DNA from: Chiloscyllium plagiosum
Lineage: Eukaryota
NCBI RefSeq assembly: GCF_004010195.1
Contig: NC_057733.1
Coordinates: forward strand, 30,449,938-30,513,937
Reading direction: 5' to 3'
DNA: 64,000 nt
Part shown: one piece after another, positions 36,281 through 50,225 of the stretch
How positions within the stretch are numbered: position 1 is the stretch's first letter
Layout of the letters: each line of letters starts with the position of its first letter
Translations under genes and position numbers: made by a program
The notes under the pieces: model-generated
The model's input: the letters and a program-made list of their open reading frames with translations, nothing else
Told to the model about the DNA's origin: nothing
Database searches by the model: none

Positions 36281-39014
36281 TGAAAAATGTTGAGGTCTGT
36301 ATTTGAATCTGGAGTGATGCTGATTAATGTGCCTAGTTGATCCGCCAAGTTCAGGTTTTGTTAGATTTCCCTGTTTCTGTAATTCCTGGAATGCATGGCT
36401 GAAGCAAATAAAGGAAAGTCATTTGCCGGTAAGGAAGACAGCCCTGTCCTTAAATTTAAAAGGATGAAAAATCCAGAGAAACCTTTCTCTTCGAAATAAA
36501 TACTCCCCATTTGGTTAACTTCAATTTTCTGTGCCTGATGCAATATGCTCAGGTGTAGGATCAGCAAACTCTGCCTGATGCCTTTTTGAAAGTAGTATTA
36601 AAAGGTTGATCATTGTTGTGCTCTGTGCCTCTTTATGCCCTTTTTCGCAGATTTCCAGAAACCTTCGCCATCCTATTTGACTGGGGAAGACTTTGAAAAT
36701 GTCTACCAGAAATTGATGATCCATCTTTTATAGCAGAATTGCAATTATTTTTCACAAAGCTTTTAATTAACTGGTTATTAAATCTTTTTTTCCTTCATTC
36801 TTCATGGTTTGTTTGATTGCCTCATTGTTATTCATTATCCATGACCAGAGCACCAAACTGTATGAGCAAAACCGTCTTATTGGACAAAAAATGTAACAGA
36901 TAGCTTTCAGAATCCAGCTACAGTGAGAGTAGCTGTTGCTGATTGAGCATTTATTTCCACAGTAGATGTTGCGCTCTTTTATCACTGTTTCCTTACATTT
37001 TACTGCCACAGGCAGGCAAATTCTACATATTTTCTTGGGTGCATGAATTCTGAGGTATTAAGTGATTTGTGACCATTGAATCTGTATGATTAAGACACTG
37101 TTCTTACAAATTTGTTTTGTAAAATGTGATTAGTTTAAGAATCATTTGCAAACAGTGCTCATTGTTGCTTAATAATTGAAATGGAGTGACTGGAAATAGC
37201 AGGTGCAACAAACTTCAGCTGAGACCATGGCTTACGGGCTGATTATATCATGTAGCCTACACAAAAATGACTAAAACAGCATATTTAAATAAATATCGTG
37301 CAAGTGCATAATGAAAAACATTTTATGTTTCTGGTCCATTTGACAAACTACTGTCTTCCATTGCATCCAATATTAGTACTGTAATGGTTTTCATGGAAAC
37401 AAGTAGCCTCAGGCTGCACTGCAGTGTGACATCCCAAAGGGATCTCATTCAGACAGAGACTGTCTCTTGCAAGCTCATGCAGCAAGTTGAGTTCCTTCGT
37501 TACCGTCAGTACTAAAGAGATCCTCACATTCCCATGCTATAAAAAGTATTCTCTAAAACATTAGCTGTAAATTAAACAAGAACTGAAATTTGTGGTTGAA
37601 ACAGAATACATAATGAAAAGGTTTAGGATCAAATGAGTAAACCTTCCTGAATATCACAACCAAGAGGCATGTGGAAATAGGGCAAAAAGTGGATAAGTAA
37701 TGCAAAATAGTGAGGACACTCTGTTGCTAAATGACTATATTTCTAAATTTCCTCACTGATTTATGCCAGGTATTTGTGCACGTCCTGATTGCATATGTCT
37801 CTGGGTGAAAATACTCAGCTGCTTGCCTCATTACAGTGGATGCAGCCTTAATTTAATTTCCTGTAATTATACTGTTTTAGAAAGGATTTAAAATTCTTAG
37901 AATTTTTGGTACAGCAGGAAACAAAGGCTTACTTCTGATACTTTTCTGCAATTTTTAAATTTATCCTCACTGAGATCTGCTGTGGTATTTTGTTTTTCTG
38001 AATGCATTTTGTGGCATTCAGTTTGTGTGACATTAAAAGTTGGAAAGCTTCCTCGATTGCAAGTTCTTAAACAAGCTGTGCCTAATGTCTGTGACTAATG
38101 ATTAAATGGCTTCAAACTCGAATTTTTATTCCTAAAGAAATATGGTCTGAGTTCTGTGCTTCCCTCAGGTCCCAATTCTTTACACTGATTTAAGCCCAAT
38201 TTTACAAACCAGCACATGCTAAAAAGATTGGCATGAAATGTATGCACATCCATGATGGGTCAAATGGCCTGCATCCCTGCTGTGTCATACATTGATTTGC
38301 ATAAATGTGACATTATTTTAAAGAGTGTGTAAGCAAGTGTGATTTCAGGTGAAATTTCATGATTGAAATCCCAAGGGGAAATTTCCCTCAAAATTTCTGA
38401 CATTCCTAAGTTTAACAGTGTCATGTTGAATATGACATGCATGGAGCAATAAATGAATTGATTGGAAATTATTGATTCAGTTTTATTCATTGATCTTTAG
38501 CTAGATTCTCACTGAACAACAGGATTTTGGTGTGTGTAAGTAGTTTGAGATTTTTACTTTACTCTGGTACAGAACCTCATCTGCTATATGCCCTGTAGAT
38601 GCATCTGGAAGCTAGACTTGAAAATGTACCTACTTTGCCAAGGTCAAGTTATTCTCGAATTTCCAGTGAATCTTGTGAGAATACACCAACTATAAAGTCG
38701 GTGTAAATCAGTATGAACAGTAAGGAGTCAAGAAAAGCATTAAAACTATTGAATGAAAAATAAAGCTTCAACTCATTTATGCACTCTCGGCACATGTTTA
38801 ATTACCTGCAATTGAGAAAGCTTTGGGATTTTTAATGCCACTTGCATTTGTGCCATAAAATGCAAGCAACAGACAATAAAGACAATCTCAGTGATGACCA
38901 ACTTAAGGAAAGACTCAATTGCAACATGCATTAAAAAAGCATATTTCTTGCTTCACCCAAAAATCTGCTCGCAATTTGAAGAAAAGCTTTGAGCAAACAC
39001 TGCAGGAAATTGTT

Positions 39015-39346
39015 GGGCGGCACGGTGGCACAGTGGTTAGTACTGCTGCCTCACAGCGCTAGAGACCCGGGTTCAATTCCCGACTCAGGCGACTGACTGT
39101 GTGGAGTTTGCACGTTCTCCCCGTGTCTGCATGGGTTTCCTCCGGGTGCTCCGGTTTCCTCCCACAGTCCAAAGATGTGCAGGTCAGGTGAATTGGCCAT
39201 GCTAAATTGTCCGTAGTGCTAGGTAAGGGGTAAATGTAGGGGTATGGGTGGGTTGCGCTTCGGCGGGTCGGTGTGGACTTGTTGGGCCGAAGGGCCTGTT
39301 TCCACACTGTAAGTAATTTAATTTAATTTAATTTAATCTAATCTAA
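39015..39346 (+). mobile_element. Full-length HE1-like V-SINE
   Basis: GGGCGGCACGGTGGCACAGTGG head, B box GGTTCAATTCC, V-domain, LINE-derived tail with (AATCT/AATTT)n. Confidence 0.92.
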
Positions 39347-40936
39347 ATTCATGTGGGAGGCTTTGTAATTTCAACGCATGATCAGTTTTAAAAGTCTAAA
39401 TTTTTTGAATGGGGAAATTGATCATAAAAGATTGAAGAAGTGTATCCAAGCACTTTATTTACTCATGTGACCTTAGCAACCATCTTACTGATTTGCACTG
39501 CAAATAAAAGGGAAGTTCAAAGTTTTTGTACTTTTATTTTGCAAACTACATTTCCCCACCCTCCACAGTGAAAGTTTGATGTGTATTTTGGCCACTTATT
39601 TGGAGAGCTTGCACACCACTGTATGATACTAACTTGTTCTCAAGCCCAGTCTGCTCTAGATTGTGTTTTTTTGGGGGGGTTAAAAAGGATCAACTGTAAT
39701 TTATCTGAATGGCAGAGCTAGCCCATGATGCTGACTGGTCTATTTTGCTCCCCAATGATTCTAGGCTAGAGAAATCAGCTGTAACTATGCAAGAACACAT
39801 TATTGTAAATTGGATTTAATGGCAAAGGAATGATTAAAACATCAATGTCGTTTTAATCAGAATGGCCATTTAAAAATGGTACTGCCTATGGAGAACCAGA
39901 TGACATAAAACTGTTGCCTGACCGCTGTGAACCGGATTAGTACATCCCAGGGTGTAGTCCCCTTGGTACCTACCAAGTGTACAGAGCAAATTAAGTTTTA
40001 ATATATTTCATCCAATTCCTATATAAGGGATTCCACAGCAACATGTTACCTCCAGCTGAGAGACATTAATTGACATTGTAGCAAATAAAAACTCAACTTT
40101 ATTTTGGACAGGTTGTAATTAAAATATCATGATGGAGAGGGCAGCAGCTATGTGTGTTTTGTAACGGGATCTGAACCCAGTTCATCAGTGTACAAAATGA
40201 AAATTGTCACAGATTTATAGGCTGCAGTAGATTGTGAAGAAACACCCATTAACCTTCGGGAGGAGGGCCGCTGTTTAGGAATCGTTTAAGATCCTTGTGA
40301 AAGGTTTATGAGAGATTTATTTGAAGAGCTGTATAATTGAAGCTATCTACAGGATGATTTCTCTTACCTTTTAATTTAATTTCTAGGTTAATATTTTTAA
40401 AAAATCCCATCTGAATGTTAATGAGCCTAAAACTCCCATAAGGGGGAGGGAGGGGATGACTTTATTAGATAGGCAGCCCTCTGTGGACCCAACAATACCC
40501 AGTTCCATTCATTCAATTGCTGTTTAAAATGTGAATGAGATGGCATGATGCCAAGGACCCAGGCTGCAGTCCCTGTGTTTTAATTAACACTGCGCTTAGC
40601 ACAGTATATGAGGGGTTTAACAGTATTGAGGTTTCAGATCGATCAGTCACTGCCATGCTCACTGCATCTTCTATCGAAATCTCTGCAGTGTCTGATTCCC
40701 ATTCTGAACACACTGCTGAGACACTAAACACTTCACCAGCCCCCACCTGCTTCGCCAAAGCTTCAGCATTGCAGCCCATGCAGGGCTGTTCATCCATTAG
40801 CGCTTATCAGTTCTGCTCCCTAGCATCTGGATGTTACTATTTTCTTAATACAAAACAATGAGAAGTCACTTCTTTTATTAGGAAAACCTGCCAGCCATCA
40901 CTCCAATCCCAAATTCAAATCCCTCCTCATGAATTT

Positions 40937-41275
40937 CACGGGTAGCTCAGTGGTTAGCACTGCTGTCTCACAGCAATTGGGACCTGGATTTGATTCCAGT
41001 TTTGGGTGACTGTGTGGAGTCTGCATGTTCACCTTGTGTTTGTGTGGTTGCTCCAGTTTCATCCCCCAGCCCAAATATGTGCAAGTTAGGTGGAATGGCC
41101 ATGCTAAATTGTCTGTAATGTCCAGCGATGTGTCGGCTTGGTGCGTTAGCCATGGTCAAGGTAGGGTTACAGGATAGGGTAGGGAGCTGGATCTGGGTGG
41201 GACGCTCTTCAAAAGAATAGTGCAAATTTGATGGGCTGAATGGCATCTTGCTGCACTGCTAGGATCCTATAATTC
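40937..41275 (+). mobile_element. Older HE1/V-SINE subfamily copy
   Basis: Diverged match to the 39015 copy. Confidence 0.8.
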
Positions 41276-42582
41276 TAGTTTCAGGAGCCCACTGATAAAT
41301 CATAAGAATTTATTTTCAACAAATATATCAGTTACAGGTTTGAATGGTTATTGTTAAAGCACAGAATGTTCAAGTCATGAAACACTATGAGATGAATCTG
41401 AACCCAGCTAACACTTCATCCTTGTTGTTGAAATTGAGCATGTTACTCCCTTGGTTCTTCTCACTGTTTCTGGCAAGGCTGGGTAATTTGTTTTTAATGT
41501 CATCAGTGATATTCTGTTACAGACTCTGACCAGAATTGGGAGGACAGATGCTGTGGCTTCTCTACCATTTTAAAGCTGACAGCAGCAGGATTTGTAACGC
41601 TGCCACAAAACATTTAAATTGTTTTCTTTAGACTGGTGTTAGCAATTAGTGTATTGGAGAGGGCAAGATGGATAGTTCCAGGGCATGTCAATACTCCAGT
41701 GTGGCTCTAAAAAAAATCCATGTGTTATTTAATGATAGCTTAGTTGGAGCAGCACTACCAAATTCATAACATTTTTTTTAAAGAGTTAGTAAAACATTGG
41801 AAAACTTGACTTCCACTTCTGAACTACACATTGAACAAGCACTAACAACATATTCTGAGGAGCAGATATAGGGCACACTTCTATAAGGATTCAGAAGCTA
41901 ATATTTCTTCCAACAAACCCTAAGTCTTCCCAGAAAAATATATAGTTATTAGAAAAGTCCCATGTAGTTAACAACAGAAAGTATCCTTTGGCACTAGATT
42001 TCTAATTCTGTGTTTATACTTTTTAATCTTTAAGAGCATACATAAGTCACGAGGGAAAGTGAGTGGGTTTAGTGTGTTACAGACAAAGATTAACTTTGTT
42101 TGCTTTCTAAAGTGCCTGTTGTTTTCACGGATACTCTGTCACCTGAGAAAGGAGATAGTCAATTATCAAAAGCAGCAGTTCATATTGGGATGCAACTGTA
42201 CAGGTCTCTCGGTCTTCGCCAGAACTTATATACCAGCAATGTATTTTGCACCAACTTAAAAGAATTCTTTTCATGAGGAATTTTTCCTGGGCAAATGCTT
42301 AGTAGCAATAATGACCTAACAAATTGATGTTCACAAGAGTACAGTAAGTAGCACAATCTCAACAGGTCAGCAATTCTTTCCATCCAAATTAATTGCGCCT
42401 CAGATCTAGATGGCGCCAATCAGCCCTGCTCGTGGTTTGCCTGCATCTCTGGGTTGTGACTGTTTGCAGAGCCTCTACTTCCCTGACCATTTCATTGCCT
42501 CCATCTTACAGACTAAGCATCATTTGCCACAGTATTAATCTATTCAACACAGTCTATAATCAAGCTCTTCTTTCTATTCCAG

Positions 42583-42650
42583 GGAGGCTATGCAGCATAC
42601 AGATATGCCCAGCCTGCTGCAGCTGCTGCCGCCGCAGCATACAGTGACAG
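42583..42650 (+). CDS. RBFOX3: RBFOX3-like exon, 68 nt (GGYAAYRYAQPAAAAAAAAYSD-S)
   Basis: ttctattccag| acceptor and |gtatga donor; GGYAAYRYAQP family signature; phase 0-2. Confidence 0.96.
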
Positions 42651-44599
42651 GTATGACAATCCAGCAAGCACCACTTTATTCATTGGCTCACTCCTTTGCT
42701 CACCCCTTACATTTGTCTCAAAGTCCGGATGAGAACAACAAGTTCTTCCTGAGCGTTCTGAAACTCTCTCTTTATATATAAATATTGCCGGGCAGAATTT
42801 TCTCCTGTAGGCGGAAGCATCATTGTTTCCCACTCACTGTTGGTTAAGCTCCACAATGCCAGTGGAATCTTACAAATTCGGTCAAAAGTGTTGGCAGATG
42901 TTATCAAGGGAAAAGTCTAATGGCAAAGTAATGACCATTAAATAATGTATGTAAATATATTTGTAAAGAATTTGAGGCTTGTTGCAGTTGTGTGGAACAG
43001 TGGAGCAATTTAAACTGAGAACCACTGGCTAATTGATTCAAACCTCAGCTTAAATTCAGGCATAGATTTAAATTCAAGTTGGTTATGTGAAGAGCAATAT
43101 AAATGAAGAAAGAAATAAATGGCATTTATTCAATTCTCTTATGCTCTTATAATTGGATTATGTAAAACTGGCCAAGAGTTTGCTGTTTTGAAACTCTGAT
43201 CCAAGGATAAGGTGTTGTGATAATAGAAATCGCGTTGATGGATTTATGATCTATTATAATGACATGTCAAACAGATTAAAGCACAGAGCCTGGAGCAGAT
43301 TGAAAAGAAGAGCTGACATCCAGAAGCCAGATTTTATGAATGAAAACAAATCCATGAACAGCCTGGACCACTGGCTGTCCACATTGCAGGTCGCATTGTC
43401 TACAATTTTTCAACCATGAATTTTAGCAGATTACAGATTGTGGGCAGTACGCCCATGGTTTCTGAATATGTCTGGCCAGTGGTCAAGGCCTCCCACTGAT
43501 AGCATACATTTGTCATAAACTGCTGGACCAAAACTTGAGCAGTTTATCACTGTCACTTTAACCCTGAGATTCGGTACTGACTTGGAGGTACGTTTTGGTG
43601 TGTGATACTCGAAAATTGTAGCTTCTAACTTTTTCACTCCTGGCTGAGAATGCAGCAAACACAAAATGCTTTTCCAAACAGATTATTACATCTGGAAATG
43701 AGCAGGATCTGCATTGTAAGATGCATTTTAAGTTATAACCATGTTGCCATTGATGCAGTGAGTGTGCATCTCTGAATCCAATTGTCAGCTGGTAAAGGAG
43801 CAATTGTTCTGTAATCTGGATCATCTTTACATTCTGCGGTAAGGGCAATATTCTTTAAATGACAGCAATTCTTTGTTTGTTACAAAGCCATGGTACTGTA
43901 GTAGTTGCCACACAGATAATTCCCTAAGATCTGACGTGATAAATCAAAGGCTGGATCAAGTCAATACCAAAGCATTATGTAGAAAGATCAGGATCACAAC
44001 GTTCTCCTGCACAAAACCTCTTTCATTATCATATCTTCATGATAGAATAAGTGCTTAATGCTATAGTAATAAAGTTAGGTTTTTCACAAAAAGGAATTAA
44101 AAATCATGTTGAATTGTTGCTCTAAATGAAGATTATCATATTGGCTGCCTGTTTACGTGAATGAAACTTAATAACAGGCCCAGCTATGATGTCACCTATC
44201 TTATATTCTGCCTTACATTTTAACCCCACCATCTCAGGGTTAGGGGTAAACTGTTCATGCCTTTTCCTTGTTGTTTTGAGTTTTAGCAATGTTCAAAATA
44301 TTTTAAATTGTTTCTCTTCCTCTTTTTTTGGAACCCATCAATCCAAAGTTTTACACTGGAAATTAAATCTGAAAAATAGGAAAACCTGTGAGTGGTAAAA
44401 ACTGGCTTTGACTACCTAGAGGAATATATACATGCTGTTTTAGATATAGAATCATACAACGAGAAAGGGTTAATTCATCACCTTGTCGATTAATCTTTAG
44501 GGAAAATTGACCGAAATATGCTTGAATTTTCCTTTATTTTTGGGAACTATATAGTTCAATCAAAACCCATTCCCTTAAACCTAAACAAAGGAAACTGAA

Positions 44600-46340
44600 G
44601 GCAGGAGGGGAAAGTTGCTTGTGGTAGATTGAGAAAATACATTAAAAGATATGATGGTGGTCAGGCATTGGCTACCACTGAAAGAATTGATACATGATTT
44701 GTAATAAATATACATACCTTTAATGTAAAAAAATCCAACATGGAAAGTGAATCAACTATAACTAATAAAGGAAGTTAAGGATCGTAATAGATGAAAGAAG
44801 GAGGTTATAAATTTATTAAAATGCAGGAAGTGTTGGAGGTACTCAGCATATTTGGTTGAATCTGTGGAACACGAAATAGAGTTAATGTTTCACGTCTAAT
44901 GTGACTCTTCTTTGGAACCCCTATTAGACTCATGTAAACTCTCTTTCTGTCTCTCCACAGATGCTGCCACACCTGTAAAGCAGGTCCAGCATCTTGAGTT
45001 TTTATTTTATATTTTCAGCGTCCGCAGTATTTTGCTTTTGTGTTGGTATACCTGAGGATTGGGAGCATTTTAGAATTTAGCCAAAGTAGAACCAAAAAAA
45101 AATCAAAAGAAGGGAAAAATAAAGGTAAACTAGCCAGAAGCATAGGAATGTAAAAAGGAAGAAAAACAAAGACAAATGGGGTCCACTGCAGGCAGAGTCA
45201 GGATAATTTCTGGTGGTACATAGCGAAGAACGTCAAAAATAGTTTTGCATCTGTCTTCACTGAGGGAGAAACAAAAAATCTCCCAGAAATAATAAAATAC
45301 AAGGCATTAGTGAGAATGAGGAACTGACAGATTTTTTTTCATAAAGTAGTATTGGAGAAATTAATGGGACTATAAGTTAACAAAGCCCCAAGACCTGATA
45401 AAATGCATCACAAACTATTGAAAGAAGTGGCCATTTAAATTGTGGGTGCATTGGTGATCATCTGACAAGATTCTATTAGATGTTGGAGCGGTGCCTCCAG
45501 ATTGGGCAGTTATAAATGTAACTCCACCATTGAGGAAAAGACACAGAGAGAAAAGAAAGGACCACCAACCTATTCGCCAGATGTCAGTTGTAGGAAAAAT
45601 ATAGAGTCCACTAAAGAATGTGATAACCAGATATTTATAAAATAAAAATCTGATTGGGAAGAGCAATCAGGATTTGTGAATGGAAAGTCATGCTTGACAA
45701 ACTTGATGGAAGTTTTATTGTGAATGCTACGAGCAGAGTAGACAAGGGTCATCATATGAATATAGAAAATAGTGGCAGAAATAGATCATTCAGACTCTCA
45801 AGCCTGCTCTACCATTCAATAAAATCCTATCTAATCCCGATAACTGTTGAATCCCTTGCCTAACAATAACCTATCTACTTCCATTTTACAAATGTTCGAT
45901 GATCCCTCTTACACAGCTTTCTGAGGCAGATAGTTCCAAAGCTGCACAACCCTCGGAGAGAAAACAGAAGCCCTTATCTATCCAAAAAAGGTGATCCTAA
46001 TTTTGAAAGAGTGTCTCCTCCCTGTGGACAGCCAATGGACGTGATGTATTTGGAGTTTCATAAGATTCCATGCAAGAGTTTTAACAAACAAAATTAGAGC
46101 ATATGGGACAGGAGGTAATGTACTGGCATGTACTGAAGATTGGTTAACAGGAAATATGACTGGGTTATTCTTAGGTTGGGCCATAACTACTGGAGCTCCA
46201 CGAAGATCAATGCTTGGGCCCAAGCTGTTCACAATTTATGCTTGGGGATCGAACATAGTTTATGGATGATGATGTGAGTTGTGAGGGGGATGCAAACAGT
46301 CATCATGAGATTTGTAGGTGCTGGGTCAGTGGGCAAGGTG
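44600..46340 (+). mobile_element. Old CR1 ORF2 fragment interrupted by a Penelope-like pLTR (about 44820-45042) and a minus-strand CR1 3' end (about 45755-46020)
   Basis: TTTTGCATCTGTCTTCACTG, AAAGCCCCAAGACCTGAT and GGAAAGTCATGCTTGACAAAC parallel the 51810 element. Confidence 0.7.
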
Positions 46341-49300
46341 ATTGTGACAGGGTTAGATGAGGATGAGAAGAGAGTGAACCCCAGCCAGTAACAAGTTGGA
46401 CTAAAGTGTCTGCAACCATGCCTTGAATTCTATGTAAGCATATCTTCTGCTATCTGCTGTTCAGAAGTCATTTAACAAAGATTGCAGTTTGATTGTCCTA
46501 TATTTCTACTGACAGAATAAATAAAATATGGCAAAGGATGATGGCAATGAAAATCAAGCTGCTAATACGATATAAAACATATTTACGCACCCAGTAATAT
46601 CCAATCAAGTGTCACTTTCACCACTAATAAATTTGTAACGTCCCATTAGTGATTATTGGCTTTTCTAGAAAGCCAGTGGAAAAAAGGAATTTGTTTTTCC
46701 ACCAACCTTCATTCACTGTTTATGTGAATAGTTGAGTCCCTGATGTGATTGGGATTATGAAGTTGGTTATTTTATTGGCTGCTGCTACTAATTGAGGGAG
46801 AACGATGCACTTGCTTCTGAAGAAGCTCTGGGAAAATATTTTAAACAAGAAATTCCTCTGTGGTCACAGAAACCTTCCTTTGTCTTGTAACCTTTGTGTC
46901 TCCTCTTTGTGAAAGTGGCTTTTCCACGTGGAATTACATGGGTAAGAGGTTGTAATAAGAACATTTTTACACATTTCAAACAATAAGGAACCATATTTCA
47001 AGTGCAACCTCGTAAGAGCTTAGTACTGAGCTGAAAGCTATTCCTCACCCCTCTAGCTCCCCAGGGAAATGTGTATTCCAATAGGATTGTCTCAAATATC
47101 TCACTGATTTGCATGGAATATAATGTGCTGGTAGAAGATGTGGATGGACTGGGTAAGTTAAAGAAGATTGTTTTCAAACCATATTCTTCAATTCAATTTG
47201 TGAGAATGTTCCCTCATTCACTGCTGGAAACACCAAATTACCTGACAAAAATAGAGATTCTACTTGATGCAGTTCTGGGCACTGTGAAGATTACTATAGT
47301 TTTCTGATCATTTAAATGTTACAACTGATATGTCACAATGTAAATATTGGAATAGCAATCTAAGATTAATGATCTAATCTGCAGATAAGATCAGATGTAC
47401 CATTCTAAATATTAGGAAAGATTGCCATCAATTTGATTTTTATTACAGGTTCCAAATAACATAAACATCATGAATGAATTTGACCATGTCATTATCACAG
47501 TGAACTGATGACAATTTAAGAATGATGGAGGATACTTGATAAATTAGAGTTCATTTGATTGATTACAATCTGCTCACAACCTAGGACAATGATAAATATT
47601 ATTAAACAAAAATTAAAACAATCTTTCTTCCTGTTTAAGTGTTTAAAAACATATCAAAATATGTTAATAAATATCAGTATTTATGAATTCCTTGTAAACT
47701 CCCAAGAGTGTGTACATAAGGCTCCCAGTAGGGTTTACATTAAAACACAGAAATGGTCACAGGATAGAAACAACTTCACTGCCTAATGTTGTCAGAGCTT
47801 CATGTTTTCCATTATACAGTCAATATACTTCTCCTCAAAAAAGCTGTTTTATCTTTGTATTTTGATCTACATCACATACCGACTGTGTTTATGACTTGAT
47901 GACTGTGTCTGCAGACTTACAATTTTTCAATCTATTACAGTCCCTCAAAGCTTTAACAATTGGCAACCATATTCTTCTCGATATTGTTTTGGAGGAGAAC
48001 CAAAACATTCTTAAGTCATTTTGTTGGCAGTCAGTGACTTCAGGCAAAAACCAATGAAGAGAATTGCAAGGAAATTGTCTTTGGAGTGATTTCAGTATCT
48101 CTATTTGAAGACATTTGAAAGTTTTTTTTGCACAAATCCAGGCTTCAGAATAGTTTCTGTCGTGAATAATGTTGACAGCAAGGCAAAAAGTTGTGAATGC
48201 ATTGACAGAATTGCAGTTCTTAATGTCAGGACTTTAAAAATGGAAATGCAAAATGTGGACATGGGTTCACACCTTCGTTTACAGAAATCTTTCATATGAT
48301 AAATCTAGATATTGTGTAGCTGTTTGTAGAGGAACAGGAATGTGGAAATGTAAGTGTGACCAAGTCATGACAGGAGATAAATATTCGATAGAAAGCCATA
48401 CTTACAGCAAGGTTTTTTGCCTAGAAGTTCAATTTGAAATCACTGTTCCTGGAGGGCGAGCTGTCCAAGAATGCTAAAGGAGCAATGGAGGCAGTAACTA
48501 TAATTTGCCAAGAATGTTTGGAATCAAGAACTGTGCCAAAGGACAAATGCTATCTCTGTTTCTCAAAAAAAAAGCGGAAATGGTAAGCAGGGAAATCATC
48601 AGCCTATCCATTTTACCTCATTTCAGGTTTGTTATGAAATGTAATTGGTTCATGTCTTATTTTCAAAATCTCCATACAGCTTTGGCACAAATAGAAACAG
48701 ACTGTAGATATATCTTACTATGTCTAACACTTTCTATGCCATGTTTCAGTTAGTCCTTTTAAGACAGCAGTGTTCCTTCAGAGACATTGCTGACTGTATC
48801 ACACTGAGTAAGTTTGCCAGTTTGAAGGATGCACCATTTTAAATGGTTTGCCCAGATTTTTTAAAAAATTGATTTATTCGAATATAGGTGCTTTCCTTCT
48901 TTTAAACTATCCCAGCCATTTATCCTTTCACATAAATTCCCCTCAGCAGAAAAATGCTTGAATTAAAAGCGTACAAAATTCAATGAATTACATCACTGGT
49001 AACACGGTTGACTTGATTCCCTCAGAATACCCTATTTCTGGGCAAGGGCTGCTTTGTTATTTGCTCTAGCCTTGTTAACTCCAGCACACCGACCTCATTT
49101 GCAGTCTGTCACTTTAAAGAAGCATCCATAATATTGTCTTGTATGCTGGCAATCATCCAGATCAATACATTCAATGTTTTTAAAAGTTTTGTCTTCAACA
49201 AAAATGGATGAAACTGCAGAATTCTGCTGTAACTGATGGCATGGGCCTTCCCAGAACTCTCATTTATTTTTATCAATGAGGTCAGTGTATTTTGTCAAAA

Positions 49301-49917
49301 GAGTCAGCTAAAGGCAAAGCTGAGGTTTTTAAATGGATTGAGAACAAATGCACAATTAAGAATTATTTAATCGGCTATAACATGGTCACAGTGAAAAGAT
49401 AAAGTTATCTTGACTCTTCCAAACTGTGGTTACATTCAAAGATAGGGACCAAACAGTTCAGATGACCTTAAAGGTGGTTTTCAATCCTTGGGATAACAAA
49501 GGTCGAGAAAGGATTTTACTCATTGCTAGCTCCTCAAAAGAAATAAGCATTCTGTCATGTTTATTCAGAAGCTGTAACTCTGTGAAGTTATACTGACAAT
49601 TTATTTCCCGTTATTTGCCAGTTTCTTTCCTTTTGTTTCCTTGACTTCCTTTCTCAGCAGTGACAACTCTTTACTTGAGTATTGTTCCACAAGGTACCAG
49701 CAGTTCTCCAGGGCCTATCCCTAAGTAGTCATTCTTGTGATTATTATGTCTAGATGCCTGAAGACCAGATGAGCTCAATCTGATTCTCAACAGACATCTG
49801 ACATGCAAATATTCTAACATAGTTCACTGAAAAGTATTCAAGAACAGATATTTTCCGCTCCTCAGTACAGACGTGACAAAAGGGAAAAAGTATACAAGTC
49901 AAGTATGTCTCAGTTAC

Positions 49918-50225
49918 TAGATTAGATTACAGTGTGGAAACAGGCCCTTCGGCCCAACAAGTCCACACCGACCTGCCGAAGTGCAACCCACCCATACCCC
50001 TACACATCTACCCCTTACCTAACACTACGGGAAATTTAGCGCGGCCAATTCACCTGACCTGCACATCTTTGGACTGTGGGAGGAAACCGGAGCACCCGGA
50101 GGAAACCCATGCAGACACGGGTAGAACGTGCAAACTCCACACAGTCAGTCGCCTGAGGCGGGAATTGAACTCGGGTCTCTGGCGCTGTGAGGCAGCAGTG
50201 CTAACCACTGTGCCACCGTGCCGCC
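49918..50225 (-). mobile_element. Full-length HE1-like V-SINE
   Basis: Reverse complement is nearly identical to the 39015 and 54181 copies. Confidence 0.92.
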
